This document shows positions 1 through 8,928 of a DNA stretch of 19,669 nucleotides, piece after piece. Both the position numbers and the translations under genes were made by a program. Position 1 is the stretch's first letter. Each line of letters begins with the position of its first letter. Under the pieces are notes generated by a model, which was not told the origin of the DNA, did no database searches, and worked only from the letters and a program-made list of their open reading frames with translations. Source of the stretch: a bacterium (GTDB taxonomy: Bacteria > Zhuqueibacterota > Zhuqueibacteria > Oceanimicrobiales > Oceanimicrobiaceae); assembly GCA_046757025.1 (NCBI GenBank), contig JBHHXN010000095.1, positions 1 to 19,669 of the forward strand, written 5' to 3'.

Positions 1-17
1 TTCACCAGAGCTTTTGG

Positions 18-1970
18 TTAAATGGATTCAAATTTTTCTCGAAGTGCAATCAGGGTAATGTCGTGCTTTTGTTGACGGCTTTTTGAAAATGACTGAAGCT
101 CAATTTTGATTTTATCGATGAATTGCTCCAATGCGTTTTGACTGTTTTCGTACAATAAATTTAAAAGTCGATCTTTACCAAAGTGTTCATTCCTGGCGTT
201 GGTTACTTCGGTGGCGCCGGAGGTGTAAATAATTAATAAATCATTTTTAAGCAGTTGTAATGATTCCGAAGCAAAGGATGGCTGGTTTTTCATTTTTTGA
301 CCGGATTCCGCCGCTATTCCCAGTGCAGCTCCTTCCGGGTTCAAATAAAAGGTTTGATCCGTACTGACTCGATACAAAATGATGGGAGGATGCCCGGCGC
401 TGGCATAATTGATTTGCCGCTTCACCAAATCCAGTATCAAATAAAATGCAGTGACTTTCTGGTCTAATTTGAAATTTTCTTTCAAATGAGCTGCAATATG
501 CGCAAGCATCTTGCCGGCATCCTGAATTCCCTTCATTTCCTCGTGAGCAATCTTTTTTATCGCTTGAATAATTTTTGATGTTTGTTCGCCAGGTTCGCAC
601 TCTGCCACGATCAAAGCAACCAGGTCTTCACCCATTTCCAGAAACTCAAAATAATCGCCACAAACCGAATTGGTTGATTCGTGCAGGTAAGAAATTTCGA
701 TATCTGGCAGTGTGGGAATACTCTCAATTAATTTTGGTTTTGCATTTTGAGTTTGCTCAGGTACGGTTGGTGCGCTCAAATCGATGGTGCTAATGATTAA
801 GGATTCCGGAGAGGGTTCGCTCAAATCTTTTGCAGAATGATTGGCCGCATTTTGAGGTGAAGGCAAATCTGCGGGCGGGGCTTCTTCAAGGATCGGTTTT
901 TTTTTAGGCGCTCGTAGCGCGGAAAGAAGCGGATTGGCCAGAACAAACACCAAGATTCCGGTGACAATAACAGCACCGACTGCGAAAATCAAGACGTTTT
1001 TTATTTGTGCCTGGCGGGCAAAATTAATTTGCATCTGCAGGTAATTTCCGGACAACAAAACATGTGAAGTACCCAAATTCCTACGAGTCGTCATATTGAC
1101 GATGGGCTTTTCAATATCAAAAATTTCGCCTGCACTTTCTAACACAAATTTATAAACATTGTTTTCCAGCTTTTCGATTTTATCTGGACGCACGAAAGAC
1201 CGCTGAAATATATCTTTGTGCGTGTTAATAATCACGGCTCCGGTGGAATCTAAAATCAATATTTGAAACACCTGTGCGGTGTTTTCCTTTAGAATGGTTT
1301 CGATGAATTCTGCCGTTTCCGGCCATTTTTGAGTCGGAAACGCGATGAGCTGCCCGTTTACTCGATGCGAAATTTGATGGCCGGATTGCAGAAAAGAATG
1401 AAAAATTTGCTTAGATGATTTGAGGTAAATATATAAATGAACCGAAGCGATGATTACGAAAACAAGGGTCATGGCTCGAAGAAAATACTTTAGTTTGATT
1501 TTCAACGACCACGGATGAGATGACGCCAGCACGCCTTTTTTGTCTTTCGGATAACGGTATTTGGTTACGCGTAGTTCATTGCCTTCACGCGTCTTTCGGT
1601 AGTCGATTTCATCCATGAGCTTGCGCATGATAAAGATCCCTAGACCGCCTTTTTTCTTAGTTTGAACGTATTTGTTGAGGTCCGGGTTTTTCACCAGGTT
1701 GGGATCAAAATATACTCCCTGGTCAATGATGTGCAAGGTGAGGCTTCTCTTTCTGACGATGGCGCGTAAAGTGATTTCGCCTTCGCGATCCTTGTAAGCA
1801 TGCCGGATGACATTGGTAGCGGCTTCATCAACGGTTAATTTGAATGCGTTGCTGACTTTATCGGAAAAGCCGTGTTTTGTACAAAGATCGGTGATAAAAT
1901 CGCGCAAGTCCGCGAGATAATCTGTATGAGCAGGTACTTTGATTTGCTCTTTTACTTTTTTCTTAAACAA
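18..1970 (-). CDS. RsbW-like anti-sigma HATPase domain + two TM helices + degenerate SpoIIE/PP2C-like domain fusion
   Basis: N-terminal EAATNVIRHAY (N box), IIDQG (G1) and GGLGIFIMRKLMD (G2). Two hydrophobic segments and a Pro-rich linker follow. C-terminal GDYFEF...YASAGHPPII...YTSGATE...HDITLI matches the SpoIIE fold. Start uncertain: TTG at 1970 (after GGGA) preferred over TTG at 2012. Confidence 0.85.
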   Translation of the reverse strand: MFKKKVKEQIKVPAHTDYLADLRDFITDLCTKHGFSDKVSNAFKLTVDEAATNVIRHAYKDREGEITLRAIVRKRSLTLHIIDQGVYFDPNLVKNPDLNKYVQTKKKGGLGIFIMRKLMDEIDYRKTREGNELRVTKYRYPKDKKGVLASSHPWSLKIKLKYFLRAMTLVFVIIASVHLYIYLKSSKQIFHSFLQSGHQISHRVNGQLIAFPTQKWPETAEFIETILKENTAQVFQILILDSTGAVIINTHKDIFQRSFVRPDKIEKLENNVYKFVLESAGEIFDIEKPIVNMTTRRNLGTSHVLLSGNYLQMQINFARQAQIKNVLIFAVGAVIVTGILVFVLANPLLSALRAPKKKPILEEAPPADLPSPQNAANHSAKDLSEPSPESLIISTIDLSAPTVPEQTQNAKPKLIESIPTLPDIEISYLHESTNSVCGDYFEFLEMGEDLVALIVAECEPGEQTSKIIQAIKKIAHEEMKGIQDAGKMLAHIAAHLKENFKLDQKVTAFYLILDLVKRQINYASAGHPPIILYRVSTDQTFYLNPEGAALGIAAESGQKMKNQPSFASESLQLLKNDLLIIYTSGATEVTNARNEHFGKDRLLNLLYENSQNALEQFIDKIKIELQSFSKSRQQKHDITLIALREKFESI

Positions 1971-2086
1971 GATATTCCCAATACAAGGTTTTGTTACCTC
2001 TAAGAAGCACAACCAGATTCAATTAAAAGATAATTTTTATTAAAACGAAAATGAGTTGACACGAGAACCTTGGTTTTGTTCAATTT

Positions 2087-2218
2087 GTGTCCATCCGTAA
2101 TGAGCTTTTTTGTCATTCCCGCAATTTTTAAGCGGGAACCCATTGGTCAGTCAGGCACGAGATTCCCGAAGCGCATGTAAGCAGGGAGCACTCGGGAATG
2201 ACGATTACGAATGGACGC
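2087..2218. mobile_element. MITE-like palindromic element, copy A
   Basis: Imperfect TIRs GTGTCCATCCGTAAT (2087-2101) and ATTACGAATGGACGC (2204-2218), 13/15 match. Internal GTCATTCCCGC..GCGGGAA and GATTCCCGA..TCGGGAATGAC hairpins. Clearly homologous to 7428-7577. Confidence 0.75.
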
Positions 2219-2443
2219 TAATTGATTGTGACGGGAAATTAAAAGGCATCTAAATTTGACGACACATAAATTATCCCTGTATTTGGATGTCATGTGTTAA
2301 AGTTTCTTCGAACAATATATTTCATTATACGGTCAATTAATCGCATAGCTTAATAGCTGTTTGGGAAAACAACATTTGTAAAAATAGAACAGTATTTTTG
2401 AATTGGTTATGACATTTGTGGTAAGAACGCCCTAATTTCAAAC

Positions 2444-2472
2444 AAGGTAGGAGTAAATTAAATAAAAATCAA
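2444..2472 (-). promoter_or_regulatory. Putative sigma70-type promoter for the kinase/PP2C fusion gene
   Basis: Minus strand TTGATT-N17-TACCTT; the region is AT-rich, so a chance match is possible. Confidence 0.3.
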
Positions 2473-2550
2473 GAATATTTTTTGAAATGCATTTCGCACA
2501 TTTGAAACAAACTATCGAACAAACACTACCAGAAATTTTCCAGACGCGGT

Positions 2551-2597
2551 AAAAAGAATGGTCGAACGTATGCTGCTTCGGCGCAGGCGTTCGGCCA
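2551..2597 (-). terminator. Putative Rho-independent terminator of the CDGSH gene
   Basis: Minus strand TGGCCGAACG...CGTTCGACCA stem (9/10) followed by TTCTTTTT, 8 nt after the stop at 2606. Confidence 0.55.
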
Positions 2598-2605
2598 ATG
2601 GTAAT

Positions 2606-2842
2606 TTATATCGAATTGTGCGTGCCATCACAGTACGGTTTATTGCCGCTTTGTTTACAACCGCACCAGGCCACCTTCTTTTTCTCGGTGATTTCTTCGA
2701 TGATGGGCGAAAATTCAGTGCCTTTATGTGAGCCGTCGCAATAGGGTTGAGTCTCCGATAAACCACAAGCACACCAGGCGTACTTTTTGGGTTCCAGCTC
2801 TTCTATATAAGGACTTTTCTGAGCAACCTTGGGATTTGCCAT
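2606..2842 (-). CDS. CDGSH iron-sulfur domain protein (two CDGSH motifs)
   Basis: [17 protein letters not shown] and [26 protein letters not shown] upstream of the ATG. Confidence 0.93.
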   Translation of the reverse strand: MANPKVAQKSPYIEELEPKKYAWCACGLSETQPYCDGSHKGTEFSPIIEEITEKKKVAWCGCKQSGNKPYCDGTHNSI

Positions 2843-3070
2843 TTTACCTCCTGTACTTTTTTGACCGTAAAGAGCAATATTCTTATCAAATTAAATCATT
2901 TTTGATAAAAATGCAAGGGAATATTCTTTGTCCAATATGGCGGGAAGCAAGAATTGTTACAGCGAAATCAAGAATAGATAAAAAACAATTAAAGTATCGC
3001 CATTTCACCTTTGCGTTTTTATGCAAATAACTCAAGTTTCGCACGTAACCTGCATTATTTATAAACTTTC

Positions 3071-3206
3071 GCCACATAGGCACTAAGTCACTAAATATAA
3101 ATAACCTACAACAAGCATGAATATAAAACTGTGTTTACTGAGGTAATCTTTTGAATGCTCTTTTACACAATATTTACAATCTATTGTGTCTTCGGGATTT
3201 CGTGGC
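3071..3206. repeat. Degenerate inverted repeat with ~8-nt periodic units
   Basis: GCCACATAGGCACTAAGTCACTAA (3071-3094) vs ATTGTGTCTTCGGGATTTCGTGGC (3183-3206): 15/24 complementary, with GCCAC/GTGGC ends. Confidence 0.4.
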
Positions 3207-3221
3207 TTTGAATTATTTAAG

Positions 3222-4961
3222 TTAGACTAAACTTGCGAGCCGTTTAATTTTGTGGATGATATCCTGGCGGTGGGGATTGAGGGACAGGACTTTCTTCCAT
3301 TCATCTAGGGCTAATTTATATTCGCCCTGATGAGCGTAAATAACGCCCATGTTTTCATGGGCGATTTGGCTGCGGCCATCGAATTTTTTCACCTTTTGAT
3401 AAGCGTGGATGGCTTCGTCGAGCATCTTATTGCGGAAATACGCGTTTCCTAAAAAACTGTAAGCTTCTTTGGCGGAGGGGTATCGGTGAATGGTGTGCTT
3501 AAAGATTCGGATGGCGGACTCAAAATCTTTGTTTTTATAATGTTCAATTCCGGCAAGCAAGAGTCTAATTTTTTCATCAATCGTAAATATCGGAGACGGT
3601 TGGGTTTGCTTTTTAAGTTTTTTACTGATGAGCGTCAATTTTGCCTTGATGTCTGTTCGATTTGGGTTCAGGGAAAGCAGCTTCTGCCACTCGTTTTGGG
3701 CCATTTCCAGCTTGCGATATTTTAGGTAAATGAGTCCCAGATTTTCATAACAGTAAGTGTCTTTGGGATGCAATTTTTTGAGCTGGTGATAAATCGCGAT
3801 GGCTTCCTTTACCATCTTATTTTTGAAATAAGCGCTGCCCAATATCCTGTAAGCGGCTTTAAAATTGGGGTTGATTTTCAACAGCTTATTAAATTGAATG
3901 ATTGCGTCCTCATAATTCCGTTTTCGATAATTTTGAATGCCTCGTAAAAGTAAAAGATCTTCTTCATTTAACTCTTGCTCCTTGGCTGCCGGTGAATCAA
4001 CCTGACCCGAATCGTAGGATGCTGCTGCGGTTAGCTGTACAACGGTTCCTTCTGATGGTTCTTCCGTATCTTCCAGTATCTCTTCCTCCGGCGCGTCATC
4101 GAATTCGGAATTTGTCTCATTTGCTTGATGATTTGCATGAAAATCAGGCGCGGCAGGTTCCCGGCCTTCGTCTTCAATAAACGATTCCAGGAATTGCAAA
4201 TCTTCGTCGGTCCACACCGGCGCAAACGGCATTTCATAATCGATGTCGTCTTCGGTCTCAGCAAACTCCGGCTCAATCGGGGGAGTGGGAGGTCCTGCCA
4301 ATTCATCATCGGTTGCAATGGGCGCCTCTGTTTCAGGTGATGCGATGATATCGGTCCGAGGCGGAGACGTTTCCCAATCGGCAGCGCTCTTTTCAGTAGG
4401 TGTGGCATCGTTGACAACGGATTCATCACCATACGTTTCTTCGAGGAGATTGGAAGAAGGATTGATCTCAATATTCACCTGCGAGGCTTCATCGTCTGTT
4501 TCTTTAAGATTTGGCAGCTTTGGGGACGGAGTTTTTTGGGTTTGAAGTTCTTCCGTGATTTCCGACCTGGCTTGCAGGCTTTTGTGTGTTTGTGGCTTAT
4601 TTTTAATGGTAGATGGCGGCGTCCCATTGACAGTGGAACCCACGCTTTTGGTGCTTTTGATGGTTTGTAGAAAAGACTCAACTGCGGTATCGGAAATGTC
4701 AAATAAATCTACTTCCGGTGTTGGTGGTGCGGGATGCACCGGCTCGATCTCGCTTTCATTTTGTTCGGAATGTGCGGCGGACTTTTTTCGCCCTAAGAGC
4801 TTATCGATGTAGTCACCTAGGACAAACTCGGCTGCAATCTCCGGAGCCAGATTTACAGGCTGCACACCCGCGTCGCTGGGTGATGAGTCGGTTTTTTCAT
4901 CTGCGAACGAAGAGTCCGCGTTGACGTCAGAATCTCTCTTTTCTTCAGATAATTCTGCCAT
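3222..4961 (-). CDS. Tetratricopeptide repeat protein with long acidic, likely disordered N-terminus
   Basis: About 330 aa rich in E/D/P/S/T, then two similar TPR blocks (LLLRGIQNY..AYRILGSAYFKN..YENLGLIY and LLLAGIEHY..AYSFLGNAYFRN..HENMGVIY). Confidence 0.88.
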   Translation of the reverse strand: MAELSEEKRDSDVNADSSFADEKTDSSPSDAGVQPVNLAPEIAAEFVLGDYIDKLLGRKKSAAHSEQNESEIEPVHPAPPTPEVDLFDISDTAVESFLQTIKSTKSVGSTVNGTPPSTIKNKPQTHKSLQARSEITEELQTQKTPSPKLPNLKETDDEASQVNIEINPSSNLLEETYGDESVVNDATPTEKSAADWETSPPRTDIIASPETEAPIATDDELAGPPTPPIEPEFAETEDDIDYEMPFAPVWTDEDLQFLESFIEDEGREPAAPDFHANHQANETNSEFDDAPEEEILEDTEEPSEGTVVQLTAAASYDSGQVDSPAAKEQELNEEDLLLLRGIQNYRKRNYEDAIIQFNKLLKINPNFKAAYRILGSAYFKNKMVKEAIAIYHQLKKLHPKDTYCYENLGLIYLKYRKLEMAQNEWQKLLSLNPNRTDIKAKLTLISKKLKKQTQPSPIFTIDEKIRLLLAGIEHYKNKDFESAIRIFKHTIHRYPSAKEAYSFLGNAYFRNKMLDEAIHAYQKVKKFDGRSQIAHENMGVIYAHQGEYKLALDEWKKVLSLNPHRQDIIHKIKRLASLV

Positions 4962-4971
4962 GGAAGTACAG

Positions 4972-5718
4972 TTAAAATTTAATTTCTTTCAATGAATTTT
5001 TTTTGATACTGGCTTTAAAAACTCGATGATGAGATGTTCTTTTTAAATGTTCAGCCAATAATTTACCCCCGATGGCATTGGTATCGATTTTGTTGATCAA
5101 ATAAACGATCTGCGCCTGTATCGGTGCATTTCTGAGATAACTGTGCGGCGACAATAATTCTTTACTGATAATTTCTGGCGTCAAAATGGTACCAAAAGGG
5201 TGGCGCCATTTTTGAGAAAACAACTCTGCCCGATGCACCGTGGATTCATTAAGTTGTTCACCCACAATATTGGCTCCACAAAGCACAACCACGGTACTGG
5301 TGCACGTTGGAATGACTGGCTCATATTCTTTGTGAGTTTTTAACGAGCGTTGTCGGGAACCATCGGCCTCGATGAGAACGACATCGGCATAATTGGACAG
5401 CTCATTCACCAATGCGCGGTTTATACCGTTTAAAGTGTCTTTTTTGTAGTATTCTTTGGCGACCTGTACAATGTTGAGCTCATCAATGATCACTTTCAGT
5501 TCCGACACAAAATTGGGATTGTTTTTGGTCAGCACTAGTCCCATTTTGGACAGAAGTTGTATTTTCGTCGTAGTCGTAACGATGACTTTTAGTTTTTGCT
5601 CTACTAACTCCGAACTCAGTTTTTTGATTAATGTTGATTTGCCACCGCCTCCAATTATCGAAACAGTCTGACCTCTAAGCTGGTCAATATTCTGATTAAT
5701 AATTTTATAAAAATGCAT
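4972..5718 (-). CDS. yqeC: YqeC-family selenium-dependent hydroxylase accessory protein
   Basis: SIIGGGGKST, TTTTKI, IEADGSR..LK.H..YEPVIP and INKID motifs. Confidence 0.85.
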   Translation of the reverse strand: MHFYKIINQNIDQLRGQTVSIIGGGGKSTLIKKLSSELVEQKLKVIVTTTTKIQLLSKMGLVLTKNNPNFVSELKVIIDELNIVQVAKEYYKKDTLNGINRALVNELSNYADVVLIEADGSRQRSLKTHKEYEPVIPTCTSTVVVLCGANIVGEQLNESTVHRAELFSQKWRHPFGTILTPEIISKELLSPHSYLRNAPIQAQIVYLINKIDTNAIGGKLLAEHLKRTSHHRVFKASIKKNSLKEIKF

Positions 5719-5973
5719 CCTGCATGGAAGTGAGTATGATTATTGAATAACTTGATAACAGGTGTATGACTGAAAATAGAACGGCTCTCAATTGGTTTGC
5801 ATTGCGTTGTTTTCGTCATTTGAGAAACCAGTCCGAGGTCAATGCCATTTTAATCTCTTCTAAGGCCGTTTGCGGATCGTTCAGTCAGACAACAATTAAA
5901 GCATTTAACAATTAAAATCAAGAAATGTTTAATCGAATTTCATAAAAATGGTTTTTTATAACGGAAATTTTAC

Positions 5974-6001
5974 TTGATTGTATCACTTCAAATATTATAT
6001 T
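5974..6001 (+). promoter_or_regulatory. Putative sigma70-type promoter for icd
   Basis: TTGATT-N16-TATATT in the divergent AT-rich intergenic region. Confidence 0.3.
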
Positions 6002-6124
6002 TAGTTGGATTCATTTTAAAAGTAACCGCACGACGAAGTGATAGCGTAATTTTATTTTATTAATTTCAAAATAAATAGTATAATAAATAAATATGAATTA
6101 TGATTTGAAATTAGGAGAAATTTT

Positions 6125-7321
6125 ATGATCTCTGCGGAAATTGAAAAAGCCAAAGAATATTTTGGAAATCTGTTAGAGCAGCAGCTGAATCGTGTTGAAA
6201 CGATGAAAAAGGAGTCAACTTGGATCGATTACAATCGTGTGCAGCCCATCATCATCGGTTTGATTGGCGGGGACGGTATTGGACCGGTGATTACCGCAGA
6301 AGCTCAGCGCGTTTTAGAATTCATGCTTGCGGAAGAAAAACAATCTGGAAAAATTGAATTCAGAACAATAGAAGGCTTGACCATTGAAAAAAGGGCCGAA
6401 GTTGGAAAGGCTATTCCAATTGATGTGCTTGAGGAAATCAAAAAGTGTCACGTTTTATTGAAAGGCCCTACCACGACTCCGAGAAAAGGCGATCCCTGGC
6501 CGAATGTCGAAAGCGCCAATGTGGCCATGCGAAAAGAATTGGAGCTTTTTGCCAATGTGCGGCCGGTGAAGGTCCCGAAAGAGGGCATCGACTGGATATT
6601 TTTTAGAGAGAACACCGAAGGAGCGTATGCGCTGGGTAGCAGCGGCATAAACGTCACCGATGATCTGGCCATCGATTTTACCGTTGCCACTTTACAGGGT
6701 TCGGAACGCGTGATTCGTCTGGCGTTTGATTACGCCAAGAAAAACAACCTCGATCGCGTTACGCTGGTGACCAAAGCGAATGTGGTTAAAACCACCGATG
6801 GCAAATTCCTGGACATCGGCTATAAAATTGCCAAAGAATATCCGCAAATTGAATGCGATGACTGGTACATCGATATTATGACCGCGAAGCTGGTAGATCC
6901 CAAGCGCCGCACGCAATTCAAGGTCATGGTGCTGCCGAATTTATACGGCGATATTTTGACCGACGAAGCGGCGGAATTTCAGGGCGGCGTCGGCACCGCC
7001 GGAAGCGCCAATATCGGCAAACGATATGCCATGTTTGAAGCCATTCACGGTAGCGCCCCGCGAATGGTTCAGGAGGGCCGGGCCCAGTACGCGGATCCGG
7101 CCAGCATGATTCGGGCTGCTGGTATGTTGTTGCGACATCTCGGCTATGAAAAACGCGGGCAAGATTTGGAAATGGCCCTGGATATTTGTGGCCAGTTTGA
7201 GAAAAAACTGGTGATTACCGGGCGGACTACCGGCGCCACCAACACCGAATACGGCGATTATTTAATGGAAACCCTGAAGGATCCCAATCTGGAAGAAAAG
7301 TGGCAAAGTTACCAAAGTTGA
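6125..7321 (+). CDS. icd: Isocitrate/isopropylmalate dehydrogenase family, likely isocitrate dehydrogenase
   Basis: GDGIGP, KGPTTTP, SANVAMRKEL..NVRP, RENTEG.Y, NLYGDILTD and FEAIHGSAP motifs; AGGAGA RBS; next to citrate synthase. Confidence 0.85.
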   Translation: MISAEIEKAKEYFGNLLEQQLNRVETMKKESTWIDYNRVQPIIIGLIGGDGIGPVITAEAQRVLEFMLAEEKQSGKIEFRTIEGLTIEKRAEVGKAIPIDVLEEIKKCHVLLKGPTTTPRKGDPWPNVESANVAMRKELELFANVRPVKVPKEGIDWIFFRENTEGAYALGSSGINVTDDLAIDFTVATLQGSERVIRLAFDYAKKNNLDRVTLVTKANVVKTTDGKFLDIGYKIAKEYPQIECDDWYIDIMTAKLVDPKRRTQFKVMVLPNLYGDILTDEAAEFQGGVGTAGSANIGKRYAMFEAIHGSAPRMVQEGRAQYADPASMIRAAGMLLRHLGYEKRGQDLEMALDICGQFEKKLVITGRTTGATNTEYGDYLMETLKDPNLEEKWQSYQS

Positions 7322-7427
7322 CGATTTCTACTACGTTGAATAAGTAAAGAATGGCCGGTCGTGGCGATGCCTATTTCTGCAGCACCTCGGCCTGAAATAA
7401 TTTGTGAGGAATTTCAGTTTGTTTAAG

Positions 7428-7577
7428 TAGTGTCCGTCCGTAAACAGATTTTTTTGTCATCCCCGCACTCTTTGAGCGGAAAACCATGGGGCAGTTAGCT
7501 ACGAGATTCCCGATAAGCTTGTCCCTGCATTCCGTTTGCAGGAAGCATTTGGGAATGACGATTTCGGATGGACACGA
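7428..7577. mobile_element. MITE-like palindromic element, copy B
   Basis: TAGTGTCCGTCCGTAA (7428-7443) and TTTCGGATGGACACGA (7562-7577), 13/16 match; colinear with copy A in the same orientation. Confidence 0.75.
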
Positions 7578-7645
7578 AATAGCAAGTTTTGAAGTGATTA
7601 AAGGTTGAAGACCTAAGTGCCAAGGCAAGGTATTCGAATTTCAGA

Positions 7646-8612
7646 ATGAGTGCAGAAACTGTCAATAAATTGATAAGGGATGCCGCTGAAAAAGCCGCAA
7701 AAGAAACCGACGATCAGCCGGAGCCGGGTTTCACCACCGAACACACAAATCCCATGTCGGCTTTGGCCCTGGGCATGTCGGCGCTGGGTAATTTAGATGA
7801 AACAGCAAACGACACCACTGTTGAGGTCGAAACCGCAATGGCGATTAAATTGATCGCTCAGTTTGCCACAATGGCGGCAGCGATCGCTCGCATCAAAAAA
7901 GGACAGGCGCCCGTTGCACCCAGAACGGATTTGAGTCACGCCGCCAACTTTTTGTACATGATCAACCACCGAGAGCCGGACCAAACCAATGAACGCATCA
8001 TGGATGTGGCTTTGATCCTGCACGCGGATCACGGAATGAATGCCTCGACGTTTACGGCGATGGTGGTAAATTCATCGCTGTCGGATTTGTACAGCTCCAT
8101 CGTTGCTGCCATCGGCAGTTTGAAGGGAGCGCTGCATGGCGGCGCAAATGAACGGGTCATTTATGATTTGTTGGAAATTCGCAATCCTGAAAATGTACAT
8201 GCTTGGTTTAGTAACGCGTGTGCGACAAAACGGAAAGTCATGGGATTCGGTCATCGTGTTTACAAAGCGTACGATCCCCGGGCACGTATTTTGGGTCCTT
8301 TGGCTAAATTTATGTCCAGCAAAAATCCTGAAATCAAAAAACTGTATGACATTAGGTGAATTTGGAAAAAGTCGTACTCGATGAATTGGGTGCTGAAAGG
8401 AAAATATTCCCCAATGTGGATTTTTATTCTGGAATTGTTTACCGGGCACTGGGTGAGGAACCCATCATGTTTACGCCTATTTTTCCTGTCAGCCGCATTG
8501 CAGGCTGGACCGCGCGCGTGCTTGAATATTTGCAAGACAATCGTTTATTCAGACCAAGAGCAGTCTATACAGGCCTTTAAAGGAAGATTATATCGAAATT
8601 GAACAGCGGTAA
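7646..8612 (+). pseudogene. gltA: Citrate synthase pseudogene (apparent N-terminal internal deletion plus two frameshifts)
   Basis: HADHGMNASTF, LHGGANE and MGFGHRVYK.YDPR lie in 7646-8359. FPNVDFYSG..SRIAGW..RPRAVYTG lies in another frame (8356-8580). A third frame gives a typical ending PLKEDYIEIEQR* at 8612. The GLEG...YRGY segment is absent. Confidence 0.85.
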
Positions 8613-8658
8613 AAATGTTCAAGCCATTTTGCTTGTTTTGTGTGTATTTAAATAGCAG

Positions 8659-8688
8659 AGGGAGTTCGAGGGTGAGCTCCCTTTTTTT
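8659..8688 (+). terminator. Rho-independent terminator
   Basis: AGGGAGTTC-GAGGGT-GAGCTCCCT stem (one G-U pair) followed by a T run. Confidence 0.7.
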
Positions 8689-8711
8689 ATTTTTCCGAAT
8701 GACAAATAAAG

Positions 8712-8735
8712 TTGTGATGTTAAAACACGTCACAA
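8712..8735. promoter_or_regulatory. Palindrome upstream of the fad cluster, candidate operator
   Basis: TTGTGATGT-N6-ACGTCACAA, 8/9 complementary. Confidence 0.35.
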
Positions 8736-8928
8736 GATTTGATGTTTTTCCATTTAACTGCAAAAAACTGTCCTGAAAGGAATTGGGACGTAGCATGAAG
8801 CTTTCAATATCTTGCCACATTCACATACCTTGCCTGGTTTATTTTATTTGCACAGGTATTCTTTTAAGTGTCAATTCCTGCAAATGGCCAGATAAAATAA
8901 TCATCATTAAACAAACGAGAGGTGCGAA

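Noticed and set aside
2728..3083. Short ORFs 2728-3030 (+) and 2886-3083 (-)
   Set aside because: No RBS or recognisable motifs; they lie in AT-rich promoter DNA or antisense to the CDGSH gene.
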